Source of the DNA: Octopus bimaculoides
Taxonomy: Eukaryota
Direction of reading: 5' to 3'
DNA length: 52,957 bases
Assembly (NCBI RefSeq): GCF_001194135.2
Contig: NC_068988.1
Location: 15,718,111 to 15,771,067 of the forward strand
Numbering within the stretch: position 1 is the first letter of the stretch; each line of letters opens with the position of its first letter. Position numbers and translations under genes: made by a program. Under the pieces are notes generated by a model. The model was not told the origin of the DNA and did no database searches. It saw nothing but the letters and a program-made list of their open reading frames with translations. Shown piece by piece: positions 11,390 to 23,635 of this stretch.

Positions 11390-12712
11390 GTTTAACGTCC
11401 GCTTTCCATGCTAGCATGGGTTGGACGATTTGACTGAGGACTGGTGAAACCGGATGGCAACACCAGGCTCCAATCTAATTTGGCAGAGTTTCTACAGCTG
11501 GATGCCCTTCCTAACGCCAACCACTCAGAGAGTGTAGTGGGTGCTTTTACGTGTCACCCGCACGAAAACGGCCACGCTCGAAATGGTGTCTTTTATGTGC
11601 CACCCGCACAAGCCNNNNNNNNNNNNNNNNNNNNNNNNNNNNNNNNNNNNNNNNNNNNNNNNNNNNNNNNNNNNNNNNNNNNNNNNNNNNNNNNNNNNNN
11701 NNNNNNNNNNNNNNNNNNNNNNNNNNNNNNNNNNNNNNNNNNNNNNNNNNNNNNNNNNNNNNNNNNNNNNNNNNNNNNNNNNNNNNNNNNNNNNNNNNNN
11801 NNNNNNNNNNNNNNNNNNNNNNNNNNNNNNNNNNNNNNNNNNNNNNNNNNNNNNNNNNNNNNNNNNNNNNNNNNNNNNNNNNNNNNNNNNNNNNNNNNNN
11901 NNNNNNNNNNNNNNNNNNNNNNNNNNNNNNNNNNNNNNNNNNNNNNNNNNNNNNNNNNNNNNNNNNNNNNNNNNNNNNNNNNNNNNNNNNNNNNNNNNNN
12001 NNNNNNNNNNNNNNNNNNNNNNNNNNNNNNNNNNNNNNNNNNNNNNNNNNNNNNNNNNNNNNNNNNNNNNNNNNNNNNNNNNNNNNNNNNNNNNNNNNNN
12101 NNNNNNNNNNNNNNNNNNNNNNNNNNNNNNNNNNNNNNNNNNNNNNNNNNNNNNNNNNNNNNNNNNNNNNNNNNNNNNNNNNNNNNNNNNNNNNNNNNNN
12201 NNNNNNNNNNNNNNNNNNNNNNNNNNNNNNNNNNNNNNNNNNNNNNNNNNNNNNNNNNNNNNNNNNNNNNNNNNNNNNNNNNNNNNNNNNNNNNNNNNNN
12301 NNNNNNNNNNNNNNNNNNNNNNNNNNNNNNNNNNNNNNNNNNNNNNNNNNNNNNNNNNNNNNNNNNNNNNNNNNNNNNNNNNNNNNNNNNNNNNNNNNNN
12401 NNNNNNNNNNNNNNNNNNNNNNNNNNNNNNNNNNNNNNNNNNNNNNNNNNNNNNNNNNNNNNNNNNNNNNNNNNNNNNNNNNNNNNNNNNNNNNNNNNNN
12501 NNNNNNNNNNNNNNNNNNNNNNNNNNNNNNNNNNNNNNNNNNNNNNNNNNNNNNNNNNNNNNNNTTGATGTTGCTGCACCTCTTATGTGTCCATAGCTTG
12601 CACCGGGTACATCTTATAGAGTTACTACCTACTCCTTTTCTACATACTGAGCAGGGCCATCTACCTGAAGGGGCTTGTGTTTTATCTACCTTCCTACTTA
12701 TTAGGATTTTGG

Positions 12713-12747
<35 letters not shown>

Positions 12748-14049
12748 ACACAATGGGGCTTCTTTCACTTATCGTTTACAAATCCACTCACAAAGCTTAA
12801 AATCTTTTCTGTGAGACTCAGTATCCTAAAATTTGATGTCTTTCTCTATAAATTTCAACCTCTGTGTGCTAATATGTGCTATGCCATGTTAGACTTTTGA
12901 CCTGGCTATAAGGACTGAAGAGGAATTTCAGTTCAGAATATGAGGAGCTGGAACAGATATTGCAAGGCGATTCAGTTCTTTACTTTTACACCCTGAAAGA
13001 ATGAAAAGCAAATTTGATCTCAGTGGGATTTGAACTCAGAGGAAAAAGAGGAGAATACCACAGGCATTCCATCTGCTGCTATAATGACTGAATTCAGTGC
13101 CTAATAACAAATCCACTCTTTCACTCTACTACATTACCTAAGCACATAAATCTAATTGTTTATTTTAAATATAACAACCAATCTGTCTGAAACTGCCTCT
13201 GGCATATCATCCCAAACCTGCTCCTGGCTCTATAACACAGATTTCCTGTTGTAAAGTGATCTAAATTAAAATCTTCCATCAACATCCTATGTTAATTTAT
13301 GTTACAAACAGCAGATTAATATTGAGGAAGCTATTTCACTAGTTTATTCATTATTTTCAAAATTAATTGAACCAAAAATGCAGCGAGCTGGCAGAATAGT
13401 TAGCACGCTGGGCAAAGTGCTTAGTGGCGTTTCATCAGATTTTACATTCTGAGTTCAAATTCTACCAAGGTTGACTTTACCTTTCATCCTTTCGGAGTTG
13501 ATAAAATAAGAGCAGCTGAGTACTGGGGTTGATGTAATCACCTTGTCCCTTCACCCAAAATTGCTGACCTTGTGCCAAAATTTGGAACCAAAATAAATTG
13601 AAACAAATGCAAAATATTTCAACAAAAATATGGTAGCAAAAAGATTAATACACGTCTGTTGAATCTAACTGTAACCCAGATTATATTGTTCGTTAATTAG
13701 ATACTCATTTTAATATGTTGGCATTTAATACCCATTTCAAATATTTTATACACAAGTAATTAACAGTTAAAACTTTCAATGTATACATTAACAAGTATAC
13801 ATTTATAAACATATCAAGACAGAAAAATAGCAACAAACCATAGGTAGGAATTGAACCAAAGAGCTCTAGCTTATTGAGAAAACATGCTACACTTATACAT
13901 GGTCTTGAGATAAGACATATAACTTAGTTGAACTACTTCCAGCTCTCAAGTTGAACAGATGATAGGAAATACATTCAGCTGTAAAAACAATGACAACGGC
14001 TTCATGATAGAGAAATGATTGTCATATGTTGAATAAATAAAATATTTAC

Positions 14050-14129
14050 CTTCAGAATTATTTCCATAAATGAAGGCCACAATTTCACTGCTTTAGTAAG
14101 AGCCTGGGAATACACTTTGTATGGTTGGT
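14050..14129 (-). CDS. WASHC5: WASHC5 coding exon Q
   Basis: tcacag|(N)QPYKVYSQALTKAVKLWPSFMEIILK|gtaaat; 80 nt, phase 1-0. Confidence 0.92.
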
Positions 14130-14344
14130 CTGTGAAGAAAAAAGAAAAAAATTATTATTATTATACTTAACTGCCACCACCACCACTGCCATCATCGTTT
14201 AACGTCCATTGTCCATGCTAGCATGGGTTGGACAGCTTGACCAGAATTGGCAAGCTGGGGAGCTGCATCAGACTCTAGAGGGAGTTGCAAGGAAGCTGTC
14301 ATAGCAAATTGTGTGTCAGGGTTTAGGTCTCTGCTAATGGTTCA

Positions 14345-15230
14345 CTCATCCATTCCTTGATGTTTTCTCCTCTTTTTTCCTTCTATGGTTCCAAGAAGAA
14401 TGGTTTTTACAAGGCCACTGGATCTTGTTACATAGCCATAGCATTTCAGTTTTCTTTTCTTTACTATTAGAAGACCTTTATTGAAACCAATATGCTGTGA
14501 GATGGTTTTTGCGAATCTGTTCATTCACCATATGGTTCAAGTAGAAAACGCCTAAGATTTCTAATGCCTGTATCTTTCTCTGAATCTCTGTCATGAGAAA
14601 CCATGCCTTGCTTGTTTACAGGAAGACGAGCTGTATCAGTCCAAGCATCAGTTGATTTCATTGTCCATAGTGATGTTCTTATCTCTCCACATTGGTTTGA
14701 ATCTAGTCAGTACCAGTCATGGTTTGTGCAGTTCTTGCAATGATTTCAGGCCTTAATCATCAATGACTGTCCTTGGGTATTTGACCTGCTGAAATATCTC
14801 TAGTTTCTGTTTTTGTACAGAGATGTCTGTTGAGATGGCACCATTGGCATTTGTCATGAGTGCTTCTTTTTCAGAACTTACCTTTATCCACACTTAGTGG
14901 AGGCTGTGTCAAACTGAAAGACTAATTGAACCAATCCATCTATCTTATCTACCTGTCCATCAATGCTGTCAGGAATTTTTTAGATTTGTAATGTCCCTAC
15001 CCCTAATATTGTGCCCACATGAGCTTCAAGAGCATTGCTCATGATCCCCTCCAGGAAGATGTTAAAAAGCGTGAAGGAGTGAAGACAATTCTGATGGACT
15101 CCTTTGGTGGCAGGGAACCACTCTCTGATGGTGCCTTATGTGAGCAGTGCACTGGTTACCTCACTCTAGAGTTATTGAATGCCATAAAATGGATTCTGCT
15201 ATTCTTCATTTTACATTATTTTCCTTTCTG
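14345..15230 (-). mobile_element. Degenerate RTE-clade LINE ORF2 (RT domain to C-terminus)
   Basis: Broken frames give WFPATKGVHQNCLHSFTLFNIFLEGIM (RT GVRQGCLLSP.LFN motif), GRDITNL and LLIVKKRKLKCYGYVTRSSGLVKTILLGTIEGKKRR (RTE C-terminal motif). Multiple stops and frameshifts. Confidence 0.8.
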
Positions 15231-16035
15231 TGCTTCCAGTTATTTCTTCCTTTCTCTTGAGCTACATCTTATGACTGCCATACCTTTGCCTCAACATACT
15301 CCCATCTGGTCCAAGCAAGCATGGAAAAGAATTAATTAAAATGATGGTGGTGATGATGATGATGACATATTTCATATACATATATTTACTACATTTACAC
15401 CCACCCACCCATATATATATATATACATACATACATACATACCAACAAACGTGCATAACGCCATCTTTTTTATCTTTTATTTGTTTTACTCACAGGAGTG
15501 TGGCCATGCTGGGGCACCACCTTGAAGGCTTTAGTTGAACAAATCGACCCCAATACTTATTTTTTAAGTACTGGTGCTTATTGTTGGTTACTTTTACCAA
15601 GTCAATAAATTGGGGGGACATAAAACAAACCAAGCAGTTGTCAAGCTGTGGTGGGAGACACACACACACACACACAAGCTTCTTTCAGTTTCCCTCTATG
15701 AAACACAACAACGTTGACTTTGTTATATACACACACACACACACATATATATATGTGACAGGTTTCTTTAAGTTTCCAGTAGCAAATCCACTCACAATGG
15801 TTTGGTCAGCGCAGGTCTACAGCAGAAGACCCTTATACAAGTTGCCCATGCAATGGGACTGAACCTGAAACCATGTGGCTGGGAAGCAAACCCTTACTAC
15901 ACATGACTGTGCCTATATATAGAGTTACTCAATATCACCGTCTTTGAAACTAACTGCAAGGTTTGGTAGGCACCTCCATTCAACAGTCTTTATACACCAG
16001 GCTTAAAAAGTTAACAGTTTAAAACATTCACTTAC

Positions 16036-16210
16036 TGACAAGGCTCCTTATGGGATTCAGGGATTTTGATAGAGTTGAAATCATTTCAACGATGCCTTTA
16101 TCTCGTAAGACGCTTTTGTGCAAGAGCATATTGAATTGTTGAAGTTCCTGGACTATCATAAAGGAGATGAGCCGGTCAAGTCCATTCAGACCAAAACTGC
16201 CAACAGCTTT
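16036..16210 (-). CDS. WASHC5: WASHC5 coding exon P
   Basis: taccag|KAVGSFGLNGLDRLISFMIVQELQQFNMLLHKSVLRDKGIVEMISTLSKSLNPIRSLV+A|gtaagt; 175 nt, phase 0-1. Confidence 0.95.
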
Positions 16211-16528
16211 CTGGTAAAAGTGAAACGAAATAGTCAAATGTATGAAAACATAACTTCTGATGAGATTTTGATCAAATATAATTTTCATTTATTTTTTAAT
16301 GACTTTTAATGGAGGAAGGGCATCAGTAACCATGATTTTTGAGAGAGTTTCTGGCACAAGGGTGGGTAGGAAAGTGGTGGTGGACAGAAGCTGATTACAA
16401 CTCAAGGGTTACTGTAGTAAGGAGCAGTGTGTAAAGCTACTGAGTTATCCTTTAACTAGGGACTTGCTTTATGTATTTACAACATTTACTCTATTATATT
16501 CTATTATTCTATTATATTACTCTATTAT

Positions 16529-16919
16529 GTGGAGGCGCAATGGCCCAGTGGATAGGGCAGCGGACTTGCGGTCATAGGATCGCGGTTTCGATTCCCAGAC
16601 CGGGCGTTGTGAGTGTTTATTGAGCGAAAACACCTAAAGCTCCATGAGGCTCCGGCAGGGGATGGTGGAGAACCCTGCTGTACTCTTTCACCACAACTTT
16701 CTCTCACTCTTACTTCCTGTTGCTGTTGTGCCTGTAATTCAAAGGGTCAGCCTTGTCACATTGTGTCACGCTGAATATCCCCGAGAACTACGTTAAGGGT
16801 ACACGTGTCTGTGGAATGCTCAGCCACTTGCATGTTAATTTCACGAGCAGGCTGTTCCGTTGAACGGATCAACTGGAACCTTCGACATCGTAAACGACGG
16901 AGTGCCAACAACAACAACA
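16529..16919 (+). mobile_element. tRNA-derived SINE family 1, full-length
   Basis: 11-bp TSD TACTCTATTAT at 16518-16528 and 16920-16930; A/B boxes; (CAA)n tail. Confidence 0.92.
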
Positions 16920-17037
16920 TACTCTATTATAGGGCTTTCCTATAAGTAGGTTATCTCCCTTGGCTAGGCGGCGCTCCATGTAGATAATTAAACTTCCGGA
17001 GACTACCCACGCCATTGTTATTGTTTTACATCTTATC

Positions 17038-17312
17038 ATGGATATAAAGCAGCTTGATGATTCAGCTATCGAAGTACTTACTGTGCCTGAGTTAAAGAAA
17101 TATTTAAGATTATACGGACAGTATGTTACTGGAAGAAAGGCGGATTTGACTGAAAGGTTGAAAGAAATAAAAATTCTGTCGATGAAGAATGTCAACAAAG
17201 TAAATTCATCGGACGATACTTCAGACAGGAATAAGTAGAAGCTTATATCTCCTCTCGGTGAAGTATTGCCTGATCTAAAGATTTTTGTAAGTTGCCGAAT
17301 TTCACAGATAAT
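17038..17312 (+). pseudogene. SAP-domain ORF fragment, probably a decayed DNA-transposon gene; truncated by N gap
   Basis: LTVPELKKYLRLYGQYVTGRKADLTERL (17077-17160) fits the SAP motif. After TAG at 17236-17238 the frame stays open (KLISPLGEVLPDLK), then LPNFTDN appears in a shifted frame up to the gap. Confidence 0.55.
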
Positions 17313-18726
17313 NNNNNNNNNNNNNNNNNNNNNNNNNNNNNNNNNNNNNNNNNNNNNNNNNNNNNNNNNNNNNNNNNNNNNNNNNNNNNNNNNNNNNNNN
17401 NNNNNNNNNNNNNNNNNNNNNNNNNNNNNNNNNNNNNNNNNNNNNNNNNNNNNNNNNNNNNNNNNNNNNNNNNNNNNNNNNNNNNNNNNNNNNNNNNNNN
17501 NNNNNNNNNNNNNNNNNNNNNNNNNNNNNNNNNNNNNNNNNNNNNNNNNNNNNNNNNNNNNNNNNNNNNNNNNNNNNNNNNNNNNNNNNNNNNNNNNNNN
17601 NNNNNNNNNNNNNNNNNNNNNNNNNNNNNNNNNNNNNNNNNNNNNNNNNNNNNNNNNNNNNNNNNNNNNNNNNNNNNNNNNNNNNNNNNNNNNNNNNNNN
17701 NNNNNNNNNNNNNNNNNNNNNNNNNNNNNNNNNNNNNNNNNNNNNNNNNNNNNNNNNNNNNNNNNNNNNNNNNNNNNNNNNNNNNNNNNNNNNNNNNNNN
17801 NNNNNNNNNNNNNNNNNNNNNNNNNNNNNNNNNNNNNNNNNNNNNNNNNNNNNNNNNNNNNNNNNNNNNNNNNNNNNNNNNNNNNNNNNNNNNNNNNNNN
17901 NNNNNNNNNNNNNNNNNNNNNNNNNNNNNNNNNNNNNNNNNNNNNNNNNNNNNNNNNNNNNNNNNNNNNNNNNNNNNNNNNGAAAAAAAAAATGCATTAA
18001 ATTTAACAAAAATCTGAATGCTAAAGGATTAAGGTGGTTTCTGACAGACTAGAATTCCAGCTGCTGGGGTGGGGTAGGGTGGGGGAGGTACCAATTGCCT
18101 TAGTTCACCCTTGTCACTGGATATATCTGCTTCACACTGGTTCTGGGAAATGTACACTACCAACACCACTATAAAACTTCATTGCTCAGGTGCTTTCAAC
18201 AAGGTAGCTCATGGATTTTAGCCCTCAAGGGTAATTGTTGTTATTGTTGTTATTGTTGTGGTAGTTGGGGCATCACACACATGACATGCATCAGCATCAA
18301 TTTCAAAGTTTATATGCTTGTGAGGGCACATAGTAGGTGTAGCATAGACATAATCCAGTTTGAATTCTCTGGTCACCCATGCTGTGGTATACTCTGTTGC
18401 TTTTGTGTCCTCCACTGCTACTGCTCTTTAAGATGTACAATTAAAGCCTTTAAGAAAAATTTGGCTAGGCAGAACAAGAATGATTTCAGGCATTGTGATG
18501 GGGTTCACTTAAAATTTCAGGAAGCTCTAAATTTTTTTTTTAAAGGATATCCCTTTTCTTGGCTCTCCAGATTCTGGGCTGACCTACCAATTGAACTCCC
18601 ACTCTTATAGGCCCTGTGTATAGTTACCAAAGGATCAAGAATTGAAGAAAATCATTGGCACTGAATTCAACAGACGACCATAACTAAATAAGCAAGTACA
18701 CATGCATGTTATGTCTTTGTCTAGGG

Positions 18727-19123
18727 AAGTGGTTTCCAACCGGAGTCCACATGACCCCTGAAGGTCCACATAAGAGTTTTGGGGATCCACACAAGCAAAA
18801 CAGTAAATTGGGAGTTCATGGTAGTGTTTTAGGGGTTAATGAAAAATCTTTTCTTTAGATGTATTTATTGTAAGAAACAGCTGAATTTCTTTCTCTAATA
18901 CTTAATGTGGTTCAACATATTTCCAGCCACAGAAACATGATTTCTCAGAGAATGCTATTGTAAGCCTACACAAGTGTATGAGTGAAAAACAAAATAGGAA
19001 TTTTGAAAGAAGTATCTATTAAACTAGTTTTTAAACATGGAATGACTATGGGGGTGACCACTAGAGTAAAATAGTAACCAAAGGGGTTCATAGGTGAAAA
19101 AAAAAAAAGTTTAAGAACCACTG
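18727..19123. mobile_element. hAT (Charlie-like) MITE
   Basis: Termini aagtggtttccaac...gtttaagaaccactg (CAGTGGTTC-type TIR); 8-bp flanks GTCTAGGG and GTCTAAGG (7/8 match, close to NTCTAGAN). Confidence 0.7.
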
Positions 19124-19320
19124 GTCTAAGGAATGGTCATGAGAGACGTTCTGGTTCCTGTTTAAGTACAAGTCATTTGCGTAAATTGCAGAGTGTTTTC
19201 AATAACAGGATTTAACTGTCGAAAAATCATTTTAAAATTATGGCAAATCATTAAAGAAAAATCATTGACTAGAAAACAAATTCTATAAATTTTATTTTTA
19301 ATTGAGAAATAGAAAGTTAC

Positions 19321-19411
19321 CTGTAACTTTTGAAATAACAACCGGTTGACAATTTCTTGTTTAGATTTTAAGTCATACCAAGCTTTCATCTGATCAACAT
19401 AGGAAGTATTT
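19321..19411 (-). CDS. WASHC5: WASHC5 coding exon O
   Basis: ctacag|(K)NTSYVDQMKAWYDLKSKQEIVNRLLFQKLQ|gtaact; 91 nt, phase 2-0. Confidence 0.94.
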
Positions 19412-19786
19412 CTGTAGAAGTAGAGAGAGACAGGAAAGTCACATAACAATAGGAACAGTAACAAGTAACTAATATAAGCAGAAACTAATGAACAACTGTG
19501 TCAAATAATAAAATCAGTATTAGCAATATAATCGTTTCTAATATTTCTGTCTCTTTATCTCCACATCACATGATATGTGTAAATGAGTGTCACTATCAAA
19601 CTAGCAGTGTCATTCATTGCCAATATTGTGTGGAAACATGTCTGGCCATGAGGAAGCATTACTTCATTTGGGAATGATGAGGGTTGGTGACAGAAAGGGC
19701 ATCTGGTTGTAGAAAATCTGTCTCAACTAAAATAAACTCACACAGTACAAAATTGAAGGAGAACATAAAAATATTGGTCTACTTAC

Positions 19787-19911
19787 TTAGGGTCAGTGAT
19801 GCGTATGATTTCTCGTGCAAGTCTTCCAATGAAGTTGACACTGGCATCAACTGGAGCAAAACGAGGAATAGGGATGGTCTTAGATTGGTAAATGCTTTGC
19901 CAGTCAATGAC
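19787..19911 (-). CDS. WASHC5: WASHC5 coding exon N
   Basis: ttccag|[41 protein letters not shown]+AA|gtaagt; 125 nt, phase 0-2. Confidence 0.96.
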
Positions 19912-20972
19912 CTGGAAAATGAGAATGAGAGGAAATTTGAGAACCATTGACAGTGTAACAAAAATACTCACACACTTGCATAATCTTTTGCATTCTTCCT
20001 ACATTTCTTTCATTTTCTCATTATTGTCGTCAAATGTGTTTTCCATGCTGGCATGGGTTTGATGGTTCAGCAAAAAGTGATGAGCCAGCTTCAATGCCAA
20101 CTTTTGGTATGGCTTCTATTGTTGGATACCTTCCTAATTCTAACCACTTTACAGACTGTACTGGGTGCTTTTAAGTTGGCACTGGTATTAGTGAGGTTAC
20201 TAAGAAACTTGCAAGAACAAGACACTTCAACTGTANNNNNNNNNNGGGGGGGGGTAGTATTGAGTGGGGAGGCTTTATGTAAAGTGTTCAGAGGTAAATG
20301 CATGATTGAGGGACAAGAACAAATGTCATGCTGAAGAGTGTCTCATCATTTAGAGTCCATTCTCCATGCAAGCATAGGTGAGACAATTTGACTGGAACTG
20401 GTAAGCTCGAGAGTTGCACCAGATTCTCCAGTCTGTTTTGACTTGGTTTCTATGGCTGGATGCCCTTCCTAATGCCAACCACTCCACAGAGTGTACTGGG
20501 TGTTTTTTACATGTCACCACACACACACACACACACACTGAGCGTGGCCGTTGCCAGTATTGCCTGACTGGCCTTTGTGCCGGTGGCACGTAAAAAGCAC
20601 CCACTACACTCTCTGAGTGGTTCGCGTTAGGAAGGGCATCCAGCTGTAGAAACTCTGCCAAATCAAATTGGAGCCTGGTATAGCCATCTGGTTTCACCAG
20701 TCCTCAGTGAAATCGTCCAACCCATGCTAGCATGGAAAGCGGACGTTAAACGATGATGATGATGATGATGATGATATACACACACACACACATACATGCA
20801 GACACATATGAATTAGGAGTAGTTATGTTCAAAACAAATTATCAAAATTCCATAAAGAAAAAGAAAATTCTTGATTTGAGACATGTTTTTAACAGTTCAT
20901 GTTTAAACAAAAACCCTCTTTCCTACGCATACAAATATAAAAGAGAGAACTGGAATTAAAAGAATACCTCAC

Positions 20973-21152
20973 CTTGGTTCGCAGGAAACTGTTGCACTCC
21001 ATCTCCACATTGTAGTTGATAATACGTGATACTTCCTCTTGCCAAATCTTTAAGCCATAAATATTTACATAATCCTGAATATACTCAAAAGATCTTCGGA
21101 AGCCATCCATTCTCTCTCCAAGACCATTTAGCCGTGGGATGAGTTCACTAAC
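20973..21152 (-). CDS. WASHC5: WASHC5 coding exon M
   Basis: ttatag|[60 protein letters not shown]|gtgagg; 180 nt, phase 0-0. Confidence 0.96.
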
Positions 21153-22250
21153 CTATAAGAGCAGATAAAAGGGTCATATTTATTGAACGACTGGCTTTTG
21201 TCACATGTCAATGTATGTTCGAACATAGCATTTACTTTCTTTATAAATACATTTCAATTACTCTATCCACCAATCACACATATATGCATGTAGTTAGCTG
21301 TCAAAAGATATTATTGTCTTCATTAAATGATTTGTTATATATGCATGTATGTTTGTACAACAAATCATTCAATAAAGACATTAATATTAACATAAGTGCT
21401 TTATGTTAATACTGGGTTGGATGGTTCTGTAAATTCAGACATTTACATAAATTGTTAGAGCAGACACAATAAATATTTCTATATTGATTTGTTTAAGATA
21501 AATAATATACTGAAGATTATTTTGCGTTAAAACTGAAATTAATGGGATAATATAATCAGGAATTTGATGACTGGGATATGCTTTTTGGGGTCTTGATCCT
21601 TTGCCTGTCCAAAGCATTTTCATAAGTTTGTTCTGAACATCCATGCTTGTTTTCAGACATTTAGTTAGCCTTTGTTTCCTATGTTTTGAGTAATATAAAA
21701 GCTTTCCTTTTATAAGTCCCAAAATACTCTGCTAAATGAAAAGGATTATGAAGTGTATCATATATAATGAATACAAATGATATATGAGCATATGCATGTA
21801 TACATACATATATGTACATACCTACATCTACATGTATATATAGATGCATATCCGGGTACAGGACGTCAAAAAAGGAACGGGAACAAAGCACAAAAAACGG
21901 ACTTTTTTTACGGACAACAGAATGAACACATAGGAAAACAGACGAGCCACTTATGGAACTTTTCCTTCATCAGCTGCCTCTATTCTAAACTAGGCGTTTC
22001 AAAGATGAGGCAGCCAGGGAAATATGTCCTGTGTATTACATGTGAGACAAAGGGTTAACCCAAAGCAATATTTGCCTCAGTATGCTGGTGAATATTCACA
22101 TAGACCATTATACATTATTTTAGATACTGGGTGGTGATGGGTATATTTAATCGAGATATTAGAGGCAGAATTGGAAACTATTAACATCTGATTCAATACT
22201 TCAACAAAGACATTTCTACCAAAGAGGTTTTTTGTTACTGAGGAACTTAC

Positions 22251-22352
22251 TTTAGCCTTCGGACTGAATATCAAACTTTGGTGAAGTGCTCCTCCTACCT
22301 GCTGAACAAGTTCCTTGCGAATGCCATCTTCAAGCAACTGTTTAGGATCAAT
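22251..22352 (-). CDS. WASHC5: WASHC5 coding exon L
   Basis: cttcag|[34 protein letters not shown]|gtaagt; 102 nt, phase 0-0. Confidence 0.96.
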
Positions 22353-22390
22353 CTGAAGAGAAATAAAAAAAAATTCCTCAAATGAAATAG

Positions 22391-22392
<2 letters not shown>

Positions 22393-22429
<37 letters not shown>

Positions 22430-22462
22430 GAATAATAATAATAGAATAATAATAATAGAATA
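22393..22462. repeat. (AAT)n microsatellite, representative of many (TAA)n, (CAT)n, (ATAC)n, (CA)n and (TA)n tracts
   Basis: Read directly; such tracts explain most low-complexity ORFs in the track. Confidence 0.95.
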
Positions 22463-22845
22463 ATAGAAATTAGCAAAATGTGGAACCTGAAGACTAAAAC
22501 AATACCTATTGTCATAGGTGCCCTGGGAATGACAGCGAAACGGGCTGATTACTACCTAGCTCAGATACCAGGAAACCCCAAAATGGCTGAAGTTCAAAAG
22601 ATAGTGCTCATGGGAACTGCCCATATCCTACGTAAAATACTGTCTATGTGATCTCAAATTTTAAAACAAACACATGATTTTCTTATGGTTTCTTAAACAT
22701 TCTCTAGTACATCACTATGCACAAATCCAAATATATGGTACCCTAAGCATAACACCTACATGAACTTCTAACTTGTTGTTTCTTGAGGTCTCTGGGTGAG
22801 ACTTGGATCCAACTTGCACAAATGCAAAACAGAAGTCAAACATAA

Positions 22846-22884
<39 letters not shown>

Positions 22885-22885
22885 T
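22463..22885 (+). mobile_element. 5'-truncated R4/Dong-like (RLE) non-LTR retrotransposon, C-terminus plus 3'UTR, embedded in (TAA)n
   Basis: 22463-22651 is open: [70 protein letters not shown] and QK..L.GTA.ILRK.L are RLE C-terminal motifs. (AAT)n on both sides. Confidence 0.8.
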
Positions 22886-23326
22886 CTTTCTACTATAAGC
22901 ACAAGGCCTGGAATTTGTGGGGAGGGGATAGTTAATTACATTGACCCAGTACTTGACTGGTACTTAATTTTACTGACCCCGAAAGGTTGACAGGCAAAGT
23001 CAACCTGGGTGGAATTTGAACTCGGAACATTGCGCAGCTGAAATGCCACTAAGCATTTTGCCCAGCGTGCTAACAATTCTGCCAGTTCGCTGCCTTAATA
23101 ATGATAATAGTCCTTTCTATTATAAGCACAAGGCCTGAAATTTGGTGGGGAGGGGTTAAGTCGATTACATTGACTCATTACTTAACTGGTACTTAATTTA
23201 TCGACCCCGCAAAGACGAAAGGCAAAGTTGACCTTGGTGGAATTTGAACTCAGAACATAGTGATGGGTGAATTACCGCTAAGCATTTTGCCTAGTGCGCT
23301 AACAATTCTGCCAGCTCACCACCTTA

Positions 23327-23377
<51 letters not shown>

Positions 23378-23588
23378 GTCTCAAATTTTGGCACAAGGCC
23401 AGCAAATTCAGGGAGGTGGTAAGTCGATTACATCAACTCCTTTGCTTAACTGGTACTTAATTTATTGACCCCTGAAAGGACGAAAGGCTAAGCTGACCTC
23501 AGCAGTATTCAAACTCAGATTGCAAAGATGGACGAAATGCAGCAAAGCATTTTGCCTGGCGTGCTAACAATTCTGCCAGCTCACCACC

Positions 23589-23634
<46 letters not shown>

Positions 23635-23635
<1 letters not shown>

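Noticed and set aside
11444-12900. Long ORFs spanning N runs (also 17266-18017, 26602-27301, 31484-31744)
   Set aside because: They are artefacts of translating assembly gaps as X.
16529-16600. tRNA genes at SINE heads (families 1 and 4, and 3410-3485)
   Set aside because: A and B boxes are present, but acceptor stems are not closed and the heads run into repeat bodies found in many copies.
18182-18610. 142-aa plus ORF and 65-aa minus ORF
   Set aside because: They are driven partly by a (TTG/TTA)n tract, have no recognisable domain and no splice or expression cues.
21845-22060. Second hammerhead candidate (minus-strand CUGAUGA at 21973-21967, GAAAC at 22000-21996, 8-bp GCTGCCTC hairpin)
   Set aside because: GAAAC lies before CUGAUGA inside a hairpin loop, the bases after the putative stem II read AUAAG rather than GAAA, and I found no NUH site in register. 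It may still be a repeat fragment.
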